NCBI GenBank assembly: GCA_965240325.2
Contig: OZ251230.1
Location: 1,488,001 to 1,552,000 of the forward strand
Length of the DNA stretch: 64,000 nt
Direction of reading: 5' to 3'
From: Rebecca billardiae RCC1528
Taxonomy: Eukaryota > Protista > Haptophyta
Shown: positions 56,371-64,000 of the stretch, in pieces
How the letters are laid out: every line of letters starts with the position of its first letter
Numbering within the stretch: position 1 is the stretch's first letter
Position numbers and translations under genes: made by a program
Notes under the pieces: generated by a model
The model's database searches: none
What the model was told of the DNA's origin: nothing
What the model saw: the letters and a program-made list of their open reading frames with translations, nothing else

Positions 56371-58779
56371 ATGGGGTGCGTTGTCTCCACGCCGGCGGAG
56401 GACGACGAGCCGCTGACGCCCAACGCGTCGGCGCGTAGGAATCCCAACGCGGCAGCCGGCGCAGCCGATGCGGTCGCGCTCGAGCAGATCACCGTCGCCG
56501 GCGACGGCAAGCCCACCGTCGCCGACGACGGCAAGCTGCGCGAGCTGCAGGCCGCGAACGCGCTGCTGCTGATGGAGCTCAGGCGGCTGCGCGCCGAGAA
56601 CGAGGCGCTCCGCGCTCGCGCGGCGAGCGCGCAGGCGGCGGAGCCCGCGCACGCACGGCATGCCGTCCCGGAGGTGGGCGACCACGTGATCGCGCACCAC
56701 TTCCGCCACGCGTACTACACCGCGGTCGTGCGCGAGTTTGACGCGTCGCGCAGGGAGTTTGTCGTCGCGTGGGATGACGGCGACACGAGCGGCACGCGCC
56801 AGCCGTTCGACCGCGTGTGCCGCAACGAGCCGCCCGCGCCGGACGAGGTGGGCGTGGGCACCGCGGTGATGTTCCCGCAGGGCAAGTACCGCTTCTTCGA
56901 CCAGGCCGCCGGCGTCGAGCGCGCCAACATGGACCGGTACCACGAGGGGAGAGTGACTTCGATCGAGCGGGACGGCGCGAGCGGCGCGAGCGTGTACGTG
57001 GGGCGGCACGCGCGCGACGAGTCGGACGGCAAGTGGACGACGTACAAGGGGTACGAGCGCACCTTCCGCTGCGAGCTGCACCAGCTGCGCATCGCGGCCA
57101 ACCTCCTCGACCTGCTCGCGGACTCGGGCGCGGCGCGCTCGGCGGCGAGCGGCGCGATGCGCCGCGGCCAGGCGGGCGGCGGCGCCGCCGCCACCGACTC
57201 GGCACGCTCGTCCAGCGGGGGCGGCGCGGAGGCGGCGTTCGACGTGTACCTCTCGCACTGCCCGGCGGACCGCGAGACCGCCGCGCGCGTCTCCGCCGAG
57301 CGCGCGTGCGACCCGCTCCTCCTCCGCGACGCGCTCGTGCACGACGGCGGCTTGCGCGTGTACGTGGACGAGCACGGCGGCGAGGAGCCTGAGCAGAACC
57401 TGCTCGCGCTGCGCTCGGCGAAGGTGGTGGTGGCGTGCATCTCGGACGCGTACGCGGAGGCGGCGGCGACGCGGCAGGAGCTGCAGTACACGAAGAAGAC
57501 GCTGCGCAAGCCCGTCGTCCCCGTCGTCGTCGGCGAGCGCGACGAGCCGTGGGAGTTTATGCGCTCGCTCGTCGGCCTACTGATCGCAGGCGATCTTTAC
57601 ATCGACATGCGGACGCCCGGCTCCGAGCCCGAGCGGGCGGCGAAGCGCGCCGAGCTGCTGCGCACGGTGCGCGCGCTGGTGGACGGCACGGCGAGCGCGC
57701 ACGGCACCGAGGTGCTCGGCCACGCCGCGGGCAGCCGCGTCACCCCCGCCGACGGGCGCGCGAGCCAGCGCGATGTGTTTCTTTCGTATGCGTGGGCCAA
57801 CAGCGCGCAGGCGGCGCGCGTGGGGCACGTGCCCGCGGCGCACGGCCACGCGCTCGCGGACCCGCGGCGCGTGGCGCAGTCGCTCGAGGCGGCGGGGCTG
57901 AGCACGTGGCTCGACGTGAGCGTGCTCGGCGGCGGCTCGGGCCTCTTCAGCGACATCGCCTCCGGGCTGCAGTCCGCGAAGGTGGTCGTGTGCTGCCTGA
58001 GCGCCGAGTACGCGCGCTCAGAGAACGGCCGCATGGAGATGCAGTACGCGCTCAAGTCGCTCAAGAAGCCGGCGGTCGGGCTGGTGGTGGGCGACGGCGG
58101 GGACTGGCACGAGACGGTGGTCGGGATGCTCGCCGCCGCGCTGCCCACCGTCGACCTGCGCGCCGCCGTCGAGGCGCGCGGGCAGCACGGCTACGACTCG
58201 GCGCTGCAGGAGATGCTCGGCGCCGTCCGCGACGCGCTCGGCGAGCCGCCGCACACACCGCCGAGCGCGCAGGCGCGGGCCGCGGGCGCGGGGCCGCAGG
58301 TGGGCGACCACGTGATCTCGCACCACTTCCACCATGCGTACTACACCGCGGTCGTGCGCGAGTTCGACGCCGCCTCGCTCGAGTTCGTCGTGGCGTGGGA
58401 TGACGGCGACACGACAGGCACGCGCCAGCCCTTCGACCGTGTGTGCCGCAACGAGCCGCCGGCGCCGGACGACGTGGGCGTGGGCACGGTGGTGATGTTC
58501 CCGCAGGGCAAGTACCGCTTCTTCGACCGGGTCGCCGGCGTGCAGCGCGCCAACATGAGCCGGTACCACGAGGGGCGCGTGACCGCGATCGAGCGGCACA
58601 CCGGCGCGGTCGTCTACGTCGGCGAGCACGCGCGCGACGAGTCGGACGGCAAGTGGACGACGTACAAGGGGTACGAGCGCACCTTCCGCTGCGAGCTGCA
58701 CCAGCTGCGCGTCGCGGGCAACGTCATGGCGGCCCTCGCGCTCGGCGGGGACGAGTCCGACGAGGTCGAAGACGTATGA
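56371..58779 (+). CDS. Acylated coiled-coil / Tudor-like / TIR / TIR / Tudor-like protein
   Basis: MGCVVS; FDVYLSH...ACISDAY...RQELQY and DVFLSYAW...CCLSAEYARSENGRMEMQY are TIR_2-like; duplicated VGDHV...YYTAVV...VAWDDGD domain. Confidence 0.85.
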   Translation: MGCVVSTPAEDDEPLTPNASARRNPNAAAGAADAVALEQITVAGDGKPTVADDGKLRELQAANALLLMELRRLRAENEALRARAASAQAAEPAHARHAVPEVGDHVIAHHFRHAYYTAVVREFDASRREFVVAWDDGDTSGTRQPFDRVCRNEPPAPDEVGVGTAVMFPQGKYRFFDQAAGVERANMDRYHEGRVTSIERDGASGASVYVGRHARDESDGKWTTYKGYERTFRCELHQLRIAANLLDLLADSGAARSAASGAMRRGQAGGGAAATDSARSSSGGGAEAAFDVYLSHCPADRETAARVSAERACDPLLLRDALVHDGGLRVYVDEHGGEEPEQNLLALRSAKVVVACISDAYAEAAATRQELQYTKKTLRKPVVPVVVGERDEPWEFMRSLVGLLIAGDLYIDMRTPGSEPERAAKRAELLRTVRALVDGTASAHGTEVLGHAAGSRVTPADGRASQRDVFLSYAWANSAQAARVGHVPAAHGHALADPRRVAQSLEAAGLSTWLDVSVLGGGSGLFSDIASGLQSAKVVVCCLSAEYARSENGRMEMQYALKSLKKPAVGLVVGDGGDWHETVVGMLAAALPTVDLRAAVEARGQHGYDSALQEMLGAVRDALGEPPHTPPSAQARAAGAGPQVGDHVISHHFHHAYYTAVVREFDAASLEFVVAWDDGDTTGTRQPFDRVCRNEPPAPDDVGVGTVVMFPQGKYRFFDRVAGVQRANMSRYHEGRVTAIERHTGAVVYVGEHARDESDGKWTTYKGYERTFRCELHQLRVAGNVMAALALGGDESDEVEDV

Positions 58780-59024
58780 CGCGGACGGACCGCGATCGAA
58801 CTGCGCTTCATATTCAGAGGCTTCGTCATTGGCGCTTACTAGGTGACTGCTCCGGTGGCCTCCAGGTCCGGCCACCGACACCGTCCGGGCCCTGATAACT
58901 GGTGGACACGTGGTTCGTCAATAAGTCGAATTTCGAAACCGTAACGCCCGCGCGGCGGCCGCCCCGGTCGAAGTGGAAACTGAGAGGGGCGTGCGGCACG
59001 CTCATTCTGCAGCAGTCATCTGCG

Positions 59025-61940
59025 ATGCCCAGCCGCTCGCCGTTGGCCAGCCCGAAGCGCTCTCGGTCCCCGCGTCTCTCCAGCACGCGTTCAGCGGTGA
59101 AGGCGAGCAAGATCGTGCACGATGCGCCCTCGTTTCACCCGTCGCTCTCGCACGTGCAAAACGAGCGGGCGTACGAGCCGACCACGCGCGTCCGGCCGCT
59201 CACGCTCGTCGCGATGGTGCTCGGCCTCGTCCTCGCCGCGTCGGGCGCGCATGGAGCCTTCGTGTTAGTGCGTCAGTCGCGCGCTTTCCAGCGCACATCC
59301 GCGCCATCGGCCGCTGATGCGCGCGCAGACGCGTCCGCGGATCTCGCGCACCAAGAGACGAAGACCAACAACGCCATGCAGAGGGTTGCGGAGCTCGCGC
59401 TCGCGCTCTCGGCTGCCCGCGCCGACTCGCAGGCGCTGACCACGGAGCTCGCCGCGCTACGCGCGCGTCATAGCGAGCTCGAGCGCCGTGCGGCCGAGGC
59501 GGAGGCTCGTGCCGCCTCGGCGGCCGCAGAGGCCGCCGATGCGCGCGCGGCGGCCCAGTCGCCACTGCTGAGCGCTCTCGCCGCCGCGGTGGCAAGCGGC
59601 AGCACCGACGGCGGCGGCACCGACGCCACCGCGGCATATGGAGCTCGCGCGACCGCGTACGAGGTGACGAACGCCTCGTGGACGCCGATGTGGGCCACGC
59701 TGCGCGCGGCAGCGACGTCGGTGTGGCACGAGCTGCCGCTAGCGGCGCCGGCCGCGCGCGCGCTCGACGCTGACTGGCGGAAGGAGCTCGCCTGGGCTGT
59801 GCGCGGCGCGCTCGTGCTCGTGCTGCTCGGCGTGCAGCGCCGCCGCCGCGGGCACCCGCGCGTGCGCACGCGGGAGACGCCTGTTGGGCTGGCAGCCACG
59901 GCCGTGCCCACACCCGACACCTTCCAAGGGCAGGAGGCAGCGCCCGCGGCGAGCGATGCCAGCGCCGAGGCGGACGACGCGGGCATCACCGACGCGGCGG
60001 CGCAGCCTGCCACCCAAGCGGCCACGGCGGCGGAGGCGACTGCGCTGGATGGCGCGCCCAGCGAGCGGGTGGCCGAGTCGCCGCCACGGCTGCTGCGCCG
60101 CACGAGCAGCGCCGACGACCCGTGCCGCTCGCTCTCGCCCGATGCGTTCGCGCACTCGCCCGAAGCCTCGGTGTGCCTTGAGGCGGAGCTGCCGCCACCG
60201 GCGCCGCTCGGCCGACCGGCTGCCTCGGCGCTGCCTGAGCCAGTCCCGCCCATCGCCACGCCGGAGGAGGCCACGCCGCCCGAAGAGCCCGCCGTTGCCG
60301 CTCTGCCGGCAGCAGCCGCCGCAGCGCAGACAGCGCCGGACTCCACGGCCACCGCCGCCACGGCCGCGCCCGCCGGCGCGGCCGACGACGGCGCGTCGAC
60401 TCGGCCGGCGGCGCCCGCGCCCGCCGCGCCCGCGCCGTGGTCGCCCGCCGCCGTGCCAAGTCCCCACAGCCCGTTCGTCGTGAGGCCCGCGGCCACGCGC
60501 CTCTCGTGGCCGCCCATGACGCGCGCTGCGAGCGTGCCCTTGCCGCCGACCAACCTGACCCAGCTGCCGTCCACACTGTCGCCTCAGCCGCGCAAGCGAC
60601 CCCACATCGCGCCTGCGTGGTCACCCTCGCTGCCGGCGCCGCAGCCCGCTGAGGCGGAGGCGGCGGGGCCCGAAGCCGCGGCAAAGCCACCCCACATCGC
60701 GCCTGCGTGGTCACCCTCGCTGCCGGCGCCGCAGCCCGCAGAGGCGGAGGCGGTGGCGCCCGCAGCTGCGGCAAAGCCGCCCCACATCGCGCCTGCGTGG
60801 TCACCCTCGCTGCCGGCGCCGCAGCCCGCAGAGGCGGAGGCGGCGGGGCCCGAAGCGTCGGCAAAGCCGGCCGCCGCGGCGCCGGCGACGACGGACGCCT
60901 CGACGCAGGCGGCAGCCGTTCCCGACCCGCCGAGCCCGCCCGCCCAGCAAGCGCCGCCCGAGCGCGCGGATGCCGTCACCGAGACCGAGCCCTCTATGGC
61001 CGAGCGCCGCGCGGCGGCTCGGGACTGGGCGCTGCTCGCGCGCGCGGTGCGCACAGACACGGAGGTGGGCTCGGCGGTGGCCGAGGCGGCGGTGGCCAAG
61101 GCGCGGGCGCTACGCGCGCACCACGAAGCCCTCGCGGCCGATCGGCTGCGCGCGCAGGAGCTCCGCGCCGCGGCCACGCGCGCCACCACGCGCGAGAGGA
61201 CGAACAATGCGGTCACCACGCAACTGCGCGCCGAGCTGTCGGATGCGCGCTCGGCGCTCGCGCGCGCGCAGCGCGACGCGGCCGACGCGCGCGCGCGCGC
61301 CGCTGCCGCCGCCGCCGCCGAGGCGCGGGCCAGTGCGGACACGCGCTCGGGCACGCGCTCGCCACGCTCGCCGTCCTCAGCGGAGGTTGCCGGGGGCGAT
61401 CCGGCGCGCGACAGCCCGGCCAAGATGGCGCAGGCCGCGAGTGACGCCGCCGAGACAGCGGCGGCCGCGGCGGCGGCCACGCCTCTGCAGAAGCGTGCGC
61501 CGCACTCGCCAGCCACCAGCTCGACGACGCCGCCCTCGCACTCGGTCCTGCCGGCGTACGCCCTGCCGCGCGTGCACGGCAGCGCGCCGGTGAGCTCGGC
61601 GCACGGCAGCTCCGCCGTCTTCCGCAGCCCTCCGCGCGCGCTCGGCCCGGCCTCGCTCTCCATGCAGCTCAGCCGGAGCCCGCGCGGCCGTGGCACGCCC
61701 CCGTCGGCTGTGACGGGCACGCCGCCGTCGGCGGCCGCGGCGCACACGGCGTCGGTGGCGCGCCTCGTCGACACGCTGCGAAGGGAGGCGAGCCGGTTTC
61801 CCGCGGAGTCGCCGCAGCGCGCCAAGCTGCTCGAGCTCGCCGCACGCCGGGAGGAGGACTGCGGCGACGCGGGCGCTGCCAGCCAGCCGCAGGCGCAGGC
61901 CGGAGGTGAGGCAGCCGAGGCCGACGCCGACGTCGAGTGA
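59025..61940 (+). CDS. Uncharacterised membrane-anchored coiled-coil, Pro/Ala-rich protein
   Basis: Long ORF with TM segment LTLVAMVLGLVLAASGAHGAFVLV and coiled coils. Confidence 0.7.
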   Translation: MPSRSPLASPKRSRSPRLSSTRSAVKASKIVHDAPSFHPSLSHVQNERAYEPTTRVRPLTLVAMVLGLVLAASGAHGAFVLVRQSRAFQRTSAPSAADARADASADLAHQETKTNNAMQRVAELALALSAARADSQALTTELAALRARHSELERRAAEAEARAASAAAEAADARAAAQSPLLSALAAAVASGSTDGGGTDATAAYGARATAYEVTNASWTPMWATLRAAATSVWHELPLAAPAARALDADWRKELAWAVRGALVLVLLGVQRRRRGHPRVRTRETPVGLAATAVPTPDTFQGQEAAPAASDASAEADDAGITDAAAQPATQAATAAEATALDGAPSERVAESPPRLLRRTSSADDPCRSLSPDAFAHSPEASVCLEAELPPPAPLGRPAASALPEPVPPIATPEEATPPEEPAVAALPAAAAAAQTAPDSTATAATAAPAGAADDGASTRPAAPAPAAPAPWSPAAVPSPHSPFVVRPAATRLSWPPMTRAASVPLPPTNLTQLPSTLSPQPRKRPHIAPAWSPSLPAPQPAEAEAAGPEAAAKPPHIAPAWSPSLPAPQPAEAEAVAPAAAAKPPHIAPAWSPSLPAPQPAEAEAAGPEASAKPAAAAPATTDASTQAAAVPDPPSPPAQQAPPERADAVTETEPSMAERRAAARDWALLARAVRTDTEVGSAVAEAAVAKARALRAHHEALAADRLRAQELRAAATRATTRERTNNAVTTQLRAELSDARSALARAQRDAADARARAAAAAAAEARASADTRSGTRSPRSPSSAEVAGGDPARDSPAKMAQAASDAAETAAAAAAATPLQKRAPHSPATSSTTPPSHSVLPAYALPRVHGSAPVSSAHGSSAVFRSPPRALGPASLSMQLSRSPRGRGTPPSAVTGTPPSAAAAHTASVARLVDTLRREASRFPAESPQRAKLLELAARREEDCGDAGAASQPQAQAGGEAAEADADVE
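60600..60870 (+). repeat. 90-bp coding tandem repeat, 3 copies (PHIAPAWSPSLPAPQPAEAEA...)
   Basis: Near-identical units at about 60601, 60691 and 60781. Confidence 0.95.
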
Positions 61941-62440
61941 CGAGAGTAGTCGAGCTGAATACGTCAGCTACAGTCTTAGAGTGACGCCGACCGGATGGCG
62001 CGCGCGCGCGAGAGAGAGAGATGCGAGATGTTATTGGATCTAGCTCTGTGACGAATATATGTGTGGGGGGTTATTGGCACAATAACTGATTGTCTAAGAG
62101 GCCGGTGGGAGCGCAATGCGCGGAATGCGCCGTATGGCGTATGGTTAATGGTATCAACACCTGCCGCTGCCAATCGGCCCGAGGCAGGCGGCCGAGCGCA
62201 AGTCCGGCTGCTATCTTGGCCACCCTCTTCTCGTGCCACGAGGGTCTTTCGAGCCTGCTCTGTGCGCGCGCACAACGGCCCAGAACTAACTAACTCGTTG
62301 TGCTGCTCCTGATCGAGCTTTGATGAGCGGGTTGGCATGGTGATGGTGGCTCTGGACAGCCAATTGGTGGCCTGGATTCTTTCATCTGATTCTGAAGGGC
62401 CAAGAGTTCTTATGCCTGCGTGTCGGTCGCTGGATTCGAA

Positions 62441-63105
62441 CAGGTGACTTTACGGTTGTGTCGAAGGCGTTGAAGAGCCCGAAACGACTGAGCTAAATCG
62501 GTTCGCGCGACCGACCGACGCGGGCAACTCTTGGCCTTTCACGCGAAGCGCTTTCGACCTCGCGAGAGCCTCGCGGCTCCGGGGGGGAATGATCATGAAA
62601 AGCGAGGAGTCGGCAAAAAGACGAACGAAAGAGGGGAGCACGAAGAAGATGACCGACAAAGAAAGACGACAGAGAAACGAGCACGGTCCGCCGCCGACGA
62701 ATCAGGAGACCCGCGTCGTCCTACCTGTGTCGTTAAATCATAGAATGGGTCCGCGACGCGCAACCTCCGGGTACAGTCGCCCGGGTCAACAACAAAAACT
62801 ACAAAAAGAGCCTCACAAAGCCAGAGCAGCAAGAAGGGCTCACCGCCCACAAAAGACGGAGTCTCTACGAAGCCAGAGCAGAGCAGACGAGCACGCAGGG
62901 TGGAACACCTGGGAGAGACCAGGCAGGGAGAGAAAAACCTCGACAACAAATCCGTCAGAACACTGGACTGGACTACAGCCCCTCGCGGGGTGTCCCACAG
63001 GAGACTTACGGTTATGTCCGAGGAGTTGAAGAGCCCGAAACGACTGAGCTAAATCGGTTCTCGCGAACCAATTTAGCTCAGTCGTTTCGGGCTCTTCATT
63101 CCCCC

Positions 63106-63112
<7 letters not shown>
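62441..63112. mobile_element. Non-coding element with a 36-nt direct repeat (62469-62504 and 63025-63060) and a terminal inverted copy; candidate hammerhead-bearing retroelement relic
   Basis: Identical 36-mers 556 nt apart; 28-bp perfect hairpin stem; abuts (TA)n. Confidence 0.55.

Positions 63113-63162
<50 letters not shown>
63110..63162. repeat. (TA)n microsatellite
   Basis: Directly visible. Confidence 0.98.
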
Positions 63163-63163
<1 letters not shown>

Positions 63164-64000
63164 GACTAGCTACTATATACGACTATGCTTAGACGGCTGC
63201 TGATGACGATGCGCATGATGACGAGCAGACGATTGAGAAATAACATTCTGAGACGACGCTGTAGGAGGACTCCTCTGACGACTGAGCTGAGCCCTTTAAC
63301 AGTGACGTCCGTCGTACTACGCACTCATCCTGACGACGATGATGCTATAAGACCGAAAGACGATGACATGAGTGATGACAGATGTCAGATGATGATGACT
63401 GCTGCTGACGAGTGATGATGAAAGTGACGATGAGTGACGATGAATATGTGATGCTGAGTGACGGACGGGTAGTGTCACTATTGACGGCAACTGACGCGCT
63501 GTTGCCTGCTCCATCATCACGCGCAGTCGCGGCGGACGCTTACGGCCATCATCGAAAGTATACGTTCTACGACTGCTCTGCAGCAGTATAGCTTCCAGTA
63601 TTACTGACGACTATACGGGGCGGGCGTAGTCGTATAGGCATCATGGCAGGCCGACGACGAGGCAGCTAGCTATGTGCCAAGTGAGCGGACGAGTGCAGTC
63701 GCCGAGTGCGTACGCTGCCGCCTGCGGCCTGGCCCCCAAGTGGCCCAAGTGCGCTGCAGTCAGTCAGTGCCAGTCCTGTGGCACTGATGGCAGCAGATCA
63801 GGCTTTAAGATGACGAATCTCTCTGCTGGTCTGAGTCTCAGCAGACCAGGCGGCAAGATGATGAATCTCTCTGCTGTCTCCGGATTGATGCGATCAGGCT
63901 ACCCGAGCCATTTGGCCAACAGTGCTTCGGTGACCATTTCGCAGATCTTGGCGGTGGACTCTGACAGCAGCCCTTCCAGATGGGGATCGTCGCTTTTGTC

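Noticed and set aside
62420-62503. Functional tRNA gene
   Set aside because: Acceptor stem unpaired and no valid anticodon arm; kept only as a tRNA-like head
63810-63876. 22-bp direct repeat aagatga(c/t)gaatctctctgctg, 2 copies
   Set aside because: Only two copies near the window edge; no function can be supported

Overview
This window is very GC-rich eukaryotic nuclear DNA. It contains spliceosomal GT-AG introns, MCM2, MTR4 and a mitochondrial carrier. Several genes carry signal-peptide plus transit-peptide leaders typical of complex-plastid algae, so a haptophyte such as a Pavlovales alga is my best inference, not proven. About 18 credible protein genes are present: an EsV-1-7 repeat protein, MCM2, a SAP-domain acidic protein, an SLC25 carrier, homogentisate solanesyltransferase, an AP2/Zn-ribbon protein, an IQ-LRR protein, an STI1-like ER protein, a PTPMT1-like phosphatase, MTR4, a REJ/GPS polycystin-like protein, an adenylate kinase-Nudix fusion, an ankyrin protein, a TMTC O-mannosyltransferase, a Tudor-TIR-TIR-Tudor protein and several unknowns. 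Most of the six-frame ORFs are GC shadow ORFs or intron read-throughs. An accessory zone at about 14-31 kb and the end of the window at 62-63 kb hold non-autonomous mobile or repeat elements: a 1.7-kb TIR element with a 7-bp target duplication, a 611-bp MITE, a 1.6-kb foldback built of ~183-bp palindromic units, and dispersed termini. The most interesting candidates are: (i) a tandem, covarying minimal hammerhead-like motif plus inverted copy next to (TA)n, resembling a retrozyme or Penelope-like element; (ii) a lipid-anchored double-TIR protein with both catalytic glutamates, framed by duplicated Tudor-like domains; (iii) a plastid-targeted adenylate kinase-CP12-like-Nudix fusion; (iv) ~40-nt micro-elements near gene 3' ends, two of them inside TA tracts. 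All assignments come from reading the sequence and recognising motifs; no searches were run.
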